A DNA stretch of 64,000 bases, taken from positions 2,166,390 through 2,230,389 of the forward strand of contig OZ243930.1 of NCBI GenBank assembly GCA_965213975.1. Reading direction: 5' to 3'. The stretch comes from Candidatus Spongiisociaceae bacterium. Its GTDB lineage: Bacteria > Actinomycetota > Acidimicrobiia > Spongiisociales > Spongiisociaceae. A program made the position numbers and the translations under genes. The notes under the pieces were generated by a model, which had not been told where the DNA came from, searched no databases, and saw only the letters and a list, made by a program, of their open reading frames with translations. Of the stretch, positions 46,048 to 56,618 are shown in pieces. Each line of letters opens with the position of its first letter. Position 1 is the stretch's first letter.

Positions 46048-48489
46048 GTGGCAGACACTGGCCCTACCAACCCGGCCCCCCCTTTGGAGGCGGTTGACAT
46101 AAACGATGAGATGGCGAAGTCGTTTGTCGACTACGCCATGTCCGTGATAGTTGCTCGGGCCTTGCCGGATGTTCGGGACGGACTCAAACCGGTGCAGCGT
46201 CGGATCATCTACGCCATGGATGACATGGGCGTTGGGTCGCGGAGTTCCCACCGAAAGTCGGCCACGGTCGTCGGGGAGGTGATAGGCAAGTACCACCCCC
46301 ACTCGAACGACGCCATCTACGACGCTCTGGTGCGGATGGCGCAATCGTTCTCGCTTCGCTACCCGCTTCTCCATCCGCAGGGCAACTTCGGTACCCCCGA
46401 CGATCCACCGGCGGCTATGCGCTACACGGAATGTAGGCTCGACAGCCTGGCTGCGGTACTCCTTGACGGGATTGATGAAGACACGGTGGACTTCGTCGAT
46501 AACTTCGACGGATCTGAGCAGGAGCCGGTGGTTCTGCCATCCCGATTCCCGAACCTGCTGTTGAACGGATCGCAGGGAATTGCGGTGGGCATGGCCACCA
46601 ATATCCCGCCCCACAACATGAACGAAATCATGGACGCCTGCCTCTTCGGTCTTACCCATCCGGACGCCGCGCCGGAAGAGTACTTGAAGATCGTGAAGGG
46701 GCCCGACTTCCCTACCGGCGGCTACGTAATTGGCCGTGCAGGAGTACGGAAGGCCTTGCTCACCGGGCGAGGAGCGGTCCGTATGCGCGCCGTCACCGAC
46801 GTGGAACAGCTACGAAGGGGCCGTACCGCAATCGTGGTGACCGAGCTGCCCTACCAGGTTGGCCAGGATCGAGTCATGGCCCGGATCGCAGATCTGGTCC
46901 AACAGAAGACGCTAGAGGGAATCGCTGACCTGCGGAATGAGTCCTCGTCACGGGTGGGGGTACGGCTGGTCATCGAGCTAAAGCGCCACGCCAACCCTCG
47001 GGTGGTGCTGAACAACCTGTTCAAGCACACCAGCCTCGAAGAGAGCTTCGGGGTCAACACCGTTGCGCTCGTGGACGGGGTTCCACGGACGCTCAACATC
47101 GCCGAGATGATTCAGTACTTCCTCGACCATCAGATGGAGGTGATCGAGCGTCGCACCCGCTACCGCCTGGGTCGGGCGGAGGCACGCGCCCATATCTTGG
47201 AGGGCTTGATAGTTGCGGTGGATCACATTGATGAGGTGATCAAGCTGATCCGCCAGAGCAAGGACACCGACTCGGCGAAGACTGCTCTCATCTCCAAATT
47301 CTCCCTGACGGAGATCCAGGCGAGAGCCGTCTTGGACATGCCACTGCGGCGGCTGACCTCCCTGGAGACCGGCCGGCTCAGGGAGGAGCACGCCGCTCTT
47401 CAAGATCTGATCAAGGAACTCGGCGCGATCCTTGCCGACCCGATGCGCCGTCGTCGGCTCATAGCGGAGGAACTCGAAGAGATTCGCAAGGCACACGGGG
47501 ACGAGCGTCGTACCCAGATCATGCCTGCGGAATCGGAGTTGTCCCTGGAAGACCTGGTTGAGGACGAGGAGTTGATCGTTACCGTATCGGCGAAGGGCTA
47601 CCTCAAGACCGTGGCAGCCAACTCCTATCGTGCCCAAGGCCGCGGGGGAAGGGGGGTGAAGACCGCGGCTCTCGGCGGCGGCGACTATCTCACCCACGTT
47701 GTTCACACCACCGCGCACTCGTATCTGCTCTTCTTCACTAACCGAGGACGCGTCTACCGGGTGCGGGCCCATGAGATTCCTCGTAAGACGCGCACGGCCC
47801 GAGGGGTGCTCGCCCACGGCGTGATATCCCTCGATCCCAGCGAGCGGATAGAGGCAATAGTCGATACGCGAGATTACGAGACCTATCGCTACATGGTCAT
47901 GGTGACCCGCAAGGGGAAGGTCAAACGCACTACCTTCCGGGAGTACGACAGCCGCTATGCCCGGCTGGTAGCGATACGGCTGACCGGCGACGATGAGGTA
48001 GTGGCAGTCCACTCCACAGACGGGAAGAGCGATCTCCTCCTCTTCACCAAGAAGGGTTTGGGCATCCGTTTCTCCGAAAAGGATGTCAAGGCACGGGGTC
48101 GGGCGACCCAAGGGGTCATTGGAGTCCGGCTGAACCCGGGTGATGAGGTGATTGGTGCGGCGGCCACCTTGGAAGGAAACGACATTCTGTTGCTCACCAC
48201 GGGCGGGTACGGCAAGCGAGTGCGATGTGCCCTGTTCAGGACGCAGGCCAGAGGCGGCAGGGGGGTCAAGGCCATCAAGCGGGTCGTGGAGCGGGGCGAT
48301 CTTGTCGGCGCGCGGGCGGTCACAGAGGGGAGTGAGGTGATGGTGGTGTCCACCGAGGGAATCGCCATCCGCACCCCGGTTGACCACATCAGCCGCCAGA
48401 GCCGGATCGCCTCCGGCGTCAAGGTGATGGACCTTGCGGAAGGCGCGCAGGTTGCCAGCTTCGCCCCGGTCCCCAGCGAAGAGAGATGA
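46048..48489 (+). CDS. gyrA: DNA gyrase subunit A
   Basis: The 813-aa protein contains an active-site Tyr region and a C-terminal beta-pinwheel with GyrA-box repeats. It begins with a GTG start. Confidence 0.95.
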   Translation: MADTGPTNPAPPLEAVDINDEMAKSFVDYAMSVIVARALPDVRDGLKPVQRRIIYAMDDMGVGSRSSHRKSATVVGEVIGKYHPHSNDAIYDALVRMAQSFSLRYPLLHPQGNFGTPDDPPAAMRYTECRLDSLAAVLLDGIDEDTVDFVDNFDGSEQEPVVLPSRFPNLLLNGSQGIAVGMATNIPPHNMNEIMDACLFGLTHPDAAPEEYLKIVKGPDFPTGGYVIGRAGVRKALLTGRGAVRMRAVTDVEQLRRGRTAIVVTELPYQVGQDRVMARIADLVQQKTLEGIADLRNESSSRVGVRLVIELKRHANPRVVLNNLFKHTSLEESFGVNTVALVDGVPRTLNIAEMIQYFLDHQMEVIERRTRYRLGRAEARAHILEGLIVAVDHIDEVIKLIRQSKDTDSAKTALISKFSLTEIQARAVLDMPLRRLTSLETGRLREEHAALQDLIKELGAILADPMRRRRLIAEELEEIRKAHGDERRTQIMPAESELSLEDLVEDEELIVTVSAKGYLKTVAANSYRAQGRGGRGVKTAALGGGDYLTHVVHTTAHSYLLFFTNRGRVYRVRAHEIPRKTRTARGVLAHGVISLDPSERIEAIVDTRDYETYRYMVMVTRKGKVKRTTFREYDSRYARLVAIRLTGDDEVVAVHSTDGKSDLLLFTKKGLGIRFSEKDVKARGRATQGVIGVRLNPGDEVIGAAATLEGNDILLLTTGGYGKRVRCALFRTQARGGRGVKAIKRVVERGDLVGARAVTEGSEVMVVSTEGIAIRTPVDHISRQSRIASGVKVMDLAEGAQVASFAPVPSEER

Positions 48490-48938
48490 CCGTCACATAC
48501 GGGCGAGAGTCGACGGCCGGTCCGCGGCGGGCTAGGCGAATCCTGAGAAAGTTCGATCCTTGGACGGTGACGAAAGCTTCGGCCGTGGTCTCGGCCTTGA
48601 CCGGGCTGGGCCTGGTATTGCTATCGGTGATGCTATGGGCAGTCATATCCCGACTCGGACTACTCACCGCCATCGACGACGCGGCCATCAGGGTGGCTCT
48701 CATCGATACCGACGATTCCCTGTTCAATTCGGGTGGCGAGTACTTGTTTGGTGTGATCCTCCTCGCCCTTGGATGGACTGCTGCCAGCACCGCCCTATTG
48801 ACGGCGACCGCCGTTCTCTACAACCTGATCTCTGATCTGGTGGGAGGGGTGGAGTTCACAGTTCTCGAGGACTCGCTAGGCCGCTCGGCTGCGCCCGGAT
48901 CCGAGGGACTCAGACAACCCACTCCCGGAGAAGGCTGA
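48486..48938 (+). CDS. DUF3566 transmembrane protein (copy 1)
   Basis: The protein contains RRILRKFDPWTV...AVLYNLISDLVGGVEFTVLE. This family is conserved downstream of gyrA in Actinobacteria. The gene overlaps the gyrA stop. Confidence 0.75.
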   Translation: MTVTYGRESTAGPRRARRILRKFDPWTVTKASAVVSALTGLGLVLLSVMLWAVISRLGLLTAIDDAAIRVALIDTDDSLFNSGGEYLFGVILLALGWTAASTALLTATAVLYNLISDLVGGVEFTVLEDSLGRSAAPGSEGLRQPTPGEG

Positions 48939-49384
48939 TGGCAGTGGTGCGTCGGGTGCGGCGAGTGATCCGCAAGCTCGATCCATGGACGGTCTTCAAG
49001 GTCTCGATCCTGCTCCACCTGGTGTTTGCGTCAGCGACCCTGATCGGCCTGGTAATAACCTGGTCGTTGGTTCAGAGGGCAGGGATCCCTGCGTCCCTTG
49101 ATGACTTTCTGGTGACCATCAGCCTGGTAGATGAAGGGGCGGTCTTCTTCGACAACGGTGATAGGTTCATTAGGGTGGCGATATTCGGTTCCATGGTCAT
49201 GGGGGTGGCCTTGACACTTCTCACCACCCTCGGTGCCGTCATATACAACCTCACATCGGACGTGGTGGGTGGGGTGGAGGTAGTCATGCTGGAGGAGATC
49301 CTGCAGTCACCCACCCCGGTCAACCCAGACGTTGACTATCCGAGGCCGGAAGACGGGCCCGAGCTACCTACCCCCGCCGACTGA
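48938..49384 (+). CDS. DUF3566 transmembrane protein (copy 2, tandem paralog)
   Basis: The protein contains RRVIRKLDPWTV...AVIYNLTSDVVGGVEVVMLE. It shows about 40-45% identity to copy 1 by eye and the same topology. Confidence 0.7.
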   Translation: MAVVRRVRRVIRKLDPWTVFKVSILLHLVFASATLIGLVITWSLVQRAGIPASLDDFLVTISLVDEGAVFFDNGDRFIRVAIFGSMVMGVALTLLTTLGAVIYNLTSDVVGGVEVVMLEEILQSPTPVNPDVDYPRPEDGPELPTPAD

Positions 49385-49544
49385 TCTTGCGACCCCCGAC
49401 GGCGAAGCCCGCACCGCGCGGCACGGCAAACAAGCCGTCGGGCACCATCTACCGCATCGACAGCCCACCCCACCGCAGTCTGATGAGCCGGTTAGGTCGG
49501 GCGGGCCGGGGTGTGGGAGTTGCTAGATGTCGGACAACTAGACG

Positions 49545-51593
49545 ATGACTAGGCGCTCCCTGCTCGAGGTGGAGAACTTGTCGGTACGTTTTGCGCTCCC
49601 GGGCACCACGGTACACGCGGTTAATGACGTCAGCTTCTCCGTAACCGAAGGGGAGACGCTGGCCATTGTCGGCGAGTCGGGTTCCGGAAAGAGCGTGTCG
49701 ATGTTGGCCATTATGGGTCTGGTTTCCTCACCGCCCGCGCGCCTCTCTGGCTCCATCCGGTTCCAGGGCAACGAGATTCTCGGTCTGGGCTCACGCCGTA
49801 TCAACAAACTCCGGGGCCGAGAGATGGCCATGGTTTTCCAGGAACCGATGTCGAGCCTCAACCCGGTTCACCGGGTGGGAAAGCAGATTGGCGAGAGCCT
49901 GCGCATTCACCATGGCCTCCGCCGCGGCGAAGCCCGCCGGCGGGCCATAAGCCTGCTGGAGCGGGTGGGCATACCCTCCCCCTCGTCGCGGGCGGACAGC
50001 TATCCGCACGAGTTCTCGGGGGGGATGCGGCAAAGAGCGATGATTGCCATGGCTCTGGCCTGCGATCCGAAGCTGCTGATCGCCGACGAGCCGACCACGG
50101 CCCTCGATGTGACCGTCCAAGCCCAGATTGTCGACTTGGTGAGCGAACTACAGGATGAGTATCGGCTCGCCGTGGTCTGGGTGAGCCATGACCTCGGGGT
50201 AGTGGCGGAAATCGCCGATCGGGTAGCTGTCATGTACGGAGGCCGGTTGTTGGAGACGGGTGCGGCGGAGCATGTCTATGCGTCAAGCCGACACCCATAC
50301 ACCTTGGGCCTCCTTCGCTCCATTCCGCACCTCGACCGGCCCGCCGTGGTTCGTCTGCCTGAGGTCCCTGGCGTGCCCATAAGGGTGGCGGAGAAGCTGA
50401 CGCGGTGTCCGTTTGATGAGAGATGTCCGATGTCCGCCGATGAATGCGACACGGTCCTACCTGAGCTTGAGGAGACCGGTACGGCCAACCATCTCTCGGC
50501 CTGCCTGCACCATCACCGGATTGGGAGCGCAGAGGCCCTATTTCCCGAGGGTCCACCGCTGAGCGAATCGGTGATGGACGCAAACGACGGGGAACTATTG
50601 GTTGCGGTGCATGACCTGAAGGTTTACTTTGGCGGGTCAGGCGGCATCCGCCGAGAAAATGCTCCGATTCGAGCCTTGGACGGGGTCAGCCTGGAGGTGA
50701 GGAAGGGACAAACCCTTGGGGTGGTTGGAGAGAGCGGTTGTGGCAAGACCACCCTGGGAAGAGCGCTGGTGGGTTTGGTCAGTCCGTCAGCCGGTGAGGT
50801 GCTGATCAAGGGAAAGCCGCTCGATCATCGAAGCGGGCGGCATCGTCGGGTAGTCCAGATGATCTTTCAGGACCCGTTCTCGGCGATGAATCCGGGACTG
50901 CGGGCCGGTGATGTGATCGCCGAACCCATCCGCATCCACAAGCTGGTTCCCAAAGACGCCATCGAGGCCCGCGTTGCTGAACTCATGGAGCAGGTGGGGC
51001 TACCTACGGAGGGTCGACGGCGATACCCCCACGAGTTCAGCGGTGGCCAGCGCCAACGCATCGCTATCGCCAGAGCCTTGGCGGCAAGGCCGGAGGTGGT
51101 GGTGTGCGACGAGCCGGTATCGGCCTTGGACGTATCGGTTCAAGCCCAGGTCGTCAACCTGCTGACCGATATCTCGACGTCCACGGGCATGGCCATCGTC
51201 TTCATATCTCACGATCTGGCCGTCGTGCGACATATCTCCACGGAGGTAGCGGTGATGTACCTCGGCGAGGTGGTGGAGCGGGCCTCCCGAGACCAGCTTT
51301 ACGACAATCCTCAACATCCCTACACCAAGGCGCTGCTGGCGGCAGTGCCTAGACCGCAGCCGGGCGGCGAGAGAGCCGAGCGAGTTCGCCTACTGGGGGA
51401 ATTACCGAGTCCGGCCGATCCTCCCCACGGGTGTCGGTTCCATACCCGCTGTCCGGTAGCGGTCGAAGGGCTCTGCTCGTCCGTCAAACCGAGCCTGTCG
51501 GAGGCCACTCCGGGACACTGGGTCTCTTGTCATCTGGTCAATGGACCTACCGAGAAGGCCCCAACAGGGCGGGAGATGGGTGTGGTCGGCTAG
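49545..51593 (+). CDS. Peptide/nickel-type ABC transporter ATP-binding protein with two fused ATPase domains (DppD-DppF fusion)
   Basis: Two Walker A motifs ([10 protein letters not shown] ; [11 protein letters not shown]), two LSGGQ-like signatures and C-terminal oligopeptide-ABC extensions occur in a single 682-aa ORF. Confidence 0.9.
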   Translation: MTRRSLLEVENLSVRFALPGTTVHAVNDVSFSVTEGETLAIVGESGSGKSVSMLAIMGLVSSPPARLSGSIRFQGNEILGLGSRRINKLRGREMAMVFQEPMSSLNPVHRVGKQIGESLRIHHGLRRGEARRRAISLLERVGIPSPSSRADSYPHEFSGGMRQRAMIAMALACDPKLLIADEPTTALDVTVQAQIVDLVSELQDEYRLAVVWVSHDLGVVAEIADRVAVMYGGRLLETGAAEHVYASSRHPYTLGLLRSIPHLDRPAVVRLPEVPGVPIRVAEKLTRCPFDERCPMSADECDTVLPELEETGTANHLSACLHHHRIGSAEALFPEGPPLSESVMDANDGELLVAVHDLKVYFGGSGGIRRENAPIRALDGVSLEVRKGQTLGVVGESGCGKTTLGRALVGLVSPSAGEVLIKGKPLDHRSGRHRRVVQMIFQDPFSAMNPGLRAGDVIAEPIRIHKLVPKDAIEARVAELMEQVGLPTEGRRRYPHEFSGGQRQRIAIARALAARPEVVVCDEPVSALDVSVQAQVVNLLTDISTSTGMAIVFISHDLAVVRHISTEVAVMYLGEVVERASRDQLYDNPQHPYTKALLAAVPRPQPGGERAERVRLLGELPSPADPPHGCRFHTRCPVAVEGLCSSVKPSLSEATPGHWVSCHLVNGPTEKAPTGREMGVVG

Positions 51594-51632
51594 TCTGGTG
51601 CGTTAGGTCATATCCGGGGAAAGGAGGCCGAT

Positions 51633-53396
51633 ATGGCAAAGGGATTCATGCGATCAGCCCTAGGAGTGATGCTCGTAACCCTCTTGCTTGCGGTGACCGC
51701 GTGCGGGGATGCGGAGGAAGCCGAAACCGAAGAGGCCCCCTCCACAACCCAGTCAGCACCGGTAACAACGGCGGCAGCAGACGAACCATCCGAGCCGACG
51801 CCGGCCACCACCGCCGCCCCTCCAACCACCGCCGCGCCGACCACCGAGGCACCCCAGGAGCCGGTTCGGGTTCGCGCCGCAGTGACCGGCGACGAGAGCA
51901 CCCTTAATCCCTACACCTACATCAGTGGCTTCCCCGGCTGGAACCTCTTGATGCTCCAATACGACACCCTGATGCAGCTGGACAGGGATGGGGTTCCGCA
52001 GCCTTGGTTGGCCACCGAGGTCGGCGTCAACTCTGACCTCACGGAGTACACGGTTGCGCTGGAGTCGGGAGTTATGTGGCATGACGGCCAACCCCTAACC
52101 GCTCACGACGTGGCGTTCAGCGTCAACTATTACCTCACCAACACCGAGGCGAGCCGGTTTGCCCGGGACTTGAGAGGAGTGGAGGATGTGGTTGTCGCGG
52201 ACGATCACAACGCCACCTTCGTCTTGGCTGACCCGAACGCCGGGTTTCAGTTATCGGCGCTGGCCGATGTTCCGATTATTCCCCGCCACATCTGGGAGGG
52301 TGTAGAGCTTCCTTCGGAGCATCAGTTCGACGGTGGTACCAACATCGGGACGGGACCATATCGGATGGTCGACTACGTGGAAGGCCAGAGCTACCGATTT
52401 GAGGCCAATCCCGACTACTTCCGGGGCGCCCCGGCGGTTGACGAGTTGGTGGTGATCGTCTTTGCCGACGATGCCGGGGCTCAAGCCGCCATCCGTACTG
52501 GCGAAGTGGATGTCATTTTCGAGCGCATACCGCCTGAGCAGATCAACCTGCTTGACGCGGCTGATCCGCTGGAGATCGCCCTCGGGCCGGAGTTCACCAC
52601 CCAGATGATCAACTATGACGTAACCAAGCCCCCCTTCGACGACATAGCGGTGCGGAAGGCCATCGACTTGGCGATGAACCGCCAAGACCTAGTAGATACG
52701 GTGTTCCTCGGAGCAGCCACCGTCGGAAGCCCAGGATGGATTCACCCTGGTCATTCCTCCTACAACCCGGATATCGAAACGGTCTACGACCCGGCGGCCG
52801 CCAATGCCATGCTGGACGAAGCAGGCTATCTCGACAGCGACGGGGACGGGGTCCGTGAGTTCGATGGTCAGCCCATGTCCTTCGATATCATCACCAACTC
52901 TCCCGACTCTCTGCGCCTCCGACTCGCCGAGCTGACCGTGGAGATGCTCGGTGCCGTCGGTATCCGCGGGACGGTGGCGGCGGTCGAGACCGGCACCTGG
53001 GAGCAGGCGGTATGGCCGGGATTCGATGTGACCGCCGGTAGAAACTATGACATTGCCATGTGGGGATGGTCGGCACCGGTGCAGGCCGATCCGCTGCGGC
53101 TACCGCAGTTGGTGGCGAGCATTCCCAACGGGGGTTTCTTGAACCTCACCGGCTATGCCAGCGAGGAAATGGACGAGCTCTCGGGACGGCTCGGTCAGGA
53201 AGCAGACCCGGCCGAGCGCAATGCCATCCTCGGGCGAATGCAGGAGATCATCGCCGATGAGCTGCCCTTCGTGCTCCTCCTATACCCGGACGGTGCTTAC
53301 GTGTACGACTCGAGCGTCTACGCTGATTGGGAGTTCATCGCCGGTCAAGGGATCGTGAGCAAGCTGTCCCTCTTGCCGCCGTCAGCCCGTCCGTAA
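51633..53396 (+). CDS. ABC transporter substrate-binding lipoprotein, family 5 (peptide/nickel/opine)
   Basis: The protein has a lipobox LLAVTACGD, a T/P/A-rich linker and an SBP_bac_5 fold. Confidence 0.85.
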   Translation: MAKGFMRSALGVMLVTLLLAVTACGDAEEAETEEAPSTTQSAPVTTAAADEPSEPTPATTAAPPTTAAPTTEAPQEPVRVRAAVTGDESTLNPYTYISGFPGWNLLMLQYDTLMQLDRDGVPQPWLATEVGVNSDLTEYTVALESGVMWHDGQPLTAHDVAFSVNYYLTNTEASRFARDLRGVEDVVVADDHNATFVLADPNAGFQLSALADVPIIPRHIWEGVELPSEHQFDGGTNIGTGPYRMVDYVEGQSYRFEANPDYFRGAPAVDELVVIVFADDAGAQAAIRTGEVDVIFERIPPEQINLLDAADPLEIALGPEFTTQMINYDVTKPPFDDIAVRKAIDLAMNRQDLVDTVFLGAATVGSPGWIHPGHSSYNPDIETVYDPAAANAMLDEAGYLDSDGDGVREFDGQPMSFDIITNSPDSLRLRLAELTVEMLGAVGIRGTVAAVETGTWEQAVWPGFDVTAGRNYDIAMWGWSAPVQADPLRLPQLVASIPNGGFLNLTGYASEEMDELSGRLGQEADPAERNAILGRMQEIIADELPFVLLLYPDGAYVYDSSVYADWEFIAGQGIVSKLSLLPPSARP

Positions 53397-53449
53397 TCGG
53401 AGGAGGTAGGTCCGCGGACCCGCTCTAACGCTGCGCTGAACGGTACGGC

Positions 53450-54424
53450 TTGGGTCGGCGTATAGACCTGAGGCGGCTGGCCCAGTACGGGGTGGCGGTG
53501 GTGGCGGCGGTTACCTTGAATTTCCTGCTTCCCCGGCTGATGCCGGGGAACCCGTTGGTGCTCATCGCCGGGGTAGATGTGGGTCTTTTGACCCCCGAAC
53601 AGCGGGCTGAGATCGTCGCCCGGGTGGGCTTGGATGCCCCACTCTGGCAACAGTATCTGAACTATTGGGGGGCGATCTTCACCGGGGACTTCGGCTTCTC
53701 GTTCCGTTCAGGGAGACCGATAGTCGACATGATCAGGGATCGGCTTCCGTGGACCCTTCTGATCACCGGATCGTCGTTAGTGCTGTCGGGTCTCATCGGG
53801 GTGATGATCGGGTCGTTCTCGGCGTGGCGGCGGGGCAAGGTGGAGGACCTCGGCTTGCTGACGATGATGATCTCGCTTGAGTCGCTGCCCTCCTTCTGGC
53901 TGGGGATGTTGCTTATCACCCTCTTCTCCGTGCATTGGGGGGTCCTTCCGTCCTTTGGTGCGGTGACACCGGCGTCGGACCTGACGGGTTGGGCGCACAT
54001 CATGGATATTGCCGGACACGCGGTGTTGCCGGTGGTTACTCTGACCATCCTGGCCATCCCGGGCGTTTACCTCACCATGAGGTACTCGATGCTTGAAACC
54101 TTGGGTGAGGATTACATTCGGACGGCTCGTGCCAAGGGTGCTGGCGGGGTGCGGGTACTCTTCGGTCACGTTGCTCGCAATGCCATTGCGCCGGTGGTGA
54201 CGGTCCTGGCTCTTCGTCTCGGTTTTGCTTTCGGGGGTACGGTGATCGTAGAGACCGTCTTTTCCTACCCAGGTTTGGGACGGTTGGTCTACGAGGCGGT
54301 CTCGGGCCGGGACTATCCGGTGATGCAGGCGGCGTTCCTCGTCTTCACCGCCGCCGTGCTGATCGCCAACCTGGTCGCGGACCTGTTGTATCCGCTAATA
54401 GACCCACGGACCCGAGCCTCGTGA
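53450..54424 (+). CDS. ABC transporter permease (DppB/OppB-like)
   Basis: The protein has six TM helices and an EAA-like loop, and is 324 aa long. Confidence 0.85.
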   Translation: MGRRIDLRRLAQYGVAVVAAVTLNFLLPRLMPGNPLVLIAGVDVGLLTPEQRAEIVARVGLDAPLWQQYLNYWGAIFTGDFGFSFRSGRPIVDMIRDRLPWTLLITGSSLVLSGLIGVMIGSFSAWRRGKVEDLGLLTMMISLESLPSFWLGMLLITLFSVHWGVLPSFGAVTPASDLTGWAHIMDIAGHAVLPVVTLTILAIPGVYLTMRYSMLETLGEDYIRTARAKGAGGVRVLFGHVARNAIAPVVTVLALRLGFAFGGTVIVETVFSYPGLGRLVYEAVSGRDYPVMQAAFLVFTAAVLIANLVADLLYPLIDPRTRAS

Positions 54425-55284
54425 GCTCGGCAGCGCCGACGGAGGGCCGAACGACGCCCTCGCGCCGGGTGGCCTGGCTACCAAGGCTCCTGGGCTGGCT
54501 CGGGGGGCTCATGGTGGGCAGTCTGCTGCTGGTGGCGGTGTTCGCGCCCTGGCTGGCCCCCTATGATCCGAAGGAGCGGGTTGCTCGTCCTTTCCTGCCG
54601 CCCGGAGAGGGACATGTTCTCGGGACCAACGATGTGGGCCAGGACTTGCTGTCCGAGATGATTGTCGGTTCACGGGTGTCGTTGGCGGTGGGGATCGTGG
54701 CGGCGACCGTTGCTCTGCTGATCGGGGCGACCGTTGGGCTGTTGGCAGGCTATTACCCCAAGCGCCTCGGGCTGCTGTTGATGCGGGGTGTGGACATAAT
54801 CCTGATCCTGCCCTTCCTGCCTCTCCTAATCGTCCTATCTGCCTATCTGGGCCGGAGCCTTCTCAATACCATCGTCGTGATTGCGGTGCTGATCTGGGCT
54901 GAACCAGCTCGGATCGTCCGATCCCAGGTGCTGTCGCTCAGATCCCGTGAGTACGTCCTAGCGGCCCGTTCGATGGGGGCTACCGACCGGTGGACGATCC
55001 TTCGCCACATTGTCCCGAGGACGGCTCTGCTAGCGACCGGTTCGTTTGTGAGGGCCGTGTCTGGAGCGATCCTCCTTGAGGCGTCGCTAAGCTTTCTTGG
55101 CCTTGGGGATCCGATCCAGAAGAGTTGGGGCTCAACGTTGTTCTGGGCACAAACGCGGGGGGCCTTCCTTACTCCGGCCTGGAAGTGGTGGGTTCTGCCG
55201 CCCGGCCTGCTGATCATGGCGGCTTCGCTCGGCTTCGCTCTACTGGCTTTTGCCCTCGAGGAGCGTATCGATCCCCGCCTTTGA
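54421..55284 (+). CDS. ABC transporter permease (DppC/OppC-like)
   Basis: The 287-aa protein overlaps the upstream permease stop. Confidence 0.85.
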   Translation: MSSAAPTEGRTTPSRRVAWLPRLLGWLGGLMVGSLLLVAVFAPWLAPYDPKERVARPFLPPGEGHVLGTNDVGQDLLSEMIVGSRVSLAVGIVAATVALLIGATVGLLAGYYPKRLGLLLMRGVDIILILPFLPLLIVLSAYLGRSLLNTIVVIAVLIWAEPARIVRSQVLSLRSREYVLAARSMGATDRWTILRHIVPRTALLATGSFVRAVSGAILLEASLSFLGLGDPIQKSWGSTLFWAQTRGAFLTPAWKWWVLPPGLLIMAASLGFALLAFALEERIDPRL

Positions 55285-55409
55285 GCCAGCCGGGATAGCC
55301 TGTCTGTTGTGGGTACCATCACCCCGGAAACGGAGGCCGATCCCGTGATGGAAGTAGGGCTGATGCAGGCCGAGAGGGTCGAACCTAGCTTCGCGCAGTG
55401 GCTCCTTAA

Positions 55410-56489
55410 GTGCTCCGGCAAAGCGATCCCCGGAGGGTGAACCACAAGGTCGGGGCCGTGGTCCAGACGGTCCTCGGGGAGATTTCTGCCTCCGAGCTCG
55501 GAACCACCCTGGTACACGAGCACCTTCTGGTCGATATCCGCTGTAACTGGCACCCAGATGACGACCCCACCATCGCCTTCCGGCCGGTAGCGATAGAACG
55601 CCTAGGCCGTATCCGGGCCAACCCCTTCGCATGCCGGGACAACCTGAGGGTCGACGAGCCCCATGTCCTAGTGGAGGAGCTCAAGCGCTATCGGGCTGCC
55701 GGAGGCGAATCGATCGTGGACGCCACCCCGCCCGGCCTGGGCCGCGATGCCCGGGTCCTGGAATGGCTGGCGGCCGAGTCCGGGGTGAAAATCGTGGCCG
55801 GGTGCGGCTTCTACGTTGAGGCCACCCATCCAGCTGGCCTGCACCGATGGTCGGTGGAGGACATCGCCGGGGAGATGATCCGGGACCTCACCGAGGGCAT
55901 GGACGGCACCGATCTTAGGGCCGGGGTAATCGGCGAGCTGGGCGTCACCCGCTACCCGATGGGAAGAGCCGAACGCAAAGTGTTCCAGGCCGCCGCTCTG
56001 GCCCAGCAGCAGGTGGGGTGCGCGATCATCGCTCACTCGGCCGCCGGGGTCGACTCGCCCTTGGAGGTTATAGGGGTATTGTCGGACGCTGGCGCGGACA
56101 TGAGCAAGGTGGTTCAGAGCCACCTCGACGACCGATTCCGCTCCGATCTCGAACGCTACCGCAGAGCCGGGCGCTCTGGTGCCAGCTTCGGTCTCGACAC
56201 TTTCGGCCGGGAGCTCTATTACGCGATGCGCAATACCCGCCTTGTCAACGACGAAGACCGCATCGACGCCCTGATCATGCTGATCGAAGCGGGAATGACT
56301 GACCGGGTTTTTCCTGCCCAGGACATCTGCTTCAAGCACGAGTTGGCCACCTACGGAGGGCACGGCTACGACCACTTCCTCCGCTACGTAGTCCCTCGCC
56401 TCGAAGCCCGCGGCGTATCCGACGAGGCCTGCGACGCCCTACTACGGAAGAACCCCGCCCGGGTTCTATCAGTGGTCGGTGGCCAGTAG
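55410..56489 (+). CDS. Phosphotriesterase-family (PTE/Php-like) metal-dependent hydrolase
   Basis: The protein contains ...GTTLVHEHL... (an HxH metal site) and a TIM-barrel amidohydrolase pattern. The start may lie slightly downstream. Confidence 0.8.
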   Translation: MLRQSDPRRVNHKVGAVVQTVLGEISASELGTTLVHEHLLVDIRCNWHPDDDPTIAFRPVAIERLGRIRANPFACRDNLRVDEPHVLVEELKRYRAAGGESIVDATPPGLGRDARVLEWLAAESGVKIVAGCGFYVEATHPAGLHRWSVEDIAGEMIRDLTEGMDGTDLRAGVIGELGVTRYPMGRAERKVFQAAALAQQQVGCAIIAHSAAGVDSPLEVIGVLSDAGADMSKVVQSHLDDRFRSDLERYRRAGRSGASFGLDTFGRELYYAMRNTRLVNDEDRIDALIMLIEAGMTDRVFPAQDICFKHELATYGGHGYDHFLRYVVPRLEARGVSDEACDALLRKNPARVLSVVGGQ

Positions 56490-56618
56490 CCAGTAGCCGG
56501 TGGTCAGTTGGGGCGTTGGGTTGTTTCGGAAACCCGCGGCCTGCTCGGTTCGGTGGCCGGTTGGGACGTCGAGTCGTTTCGTAAGTTCGTGAGTCCCGCC
56601 TAGGCGGGGGAGGGGCCG

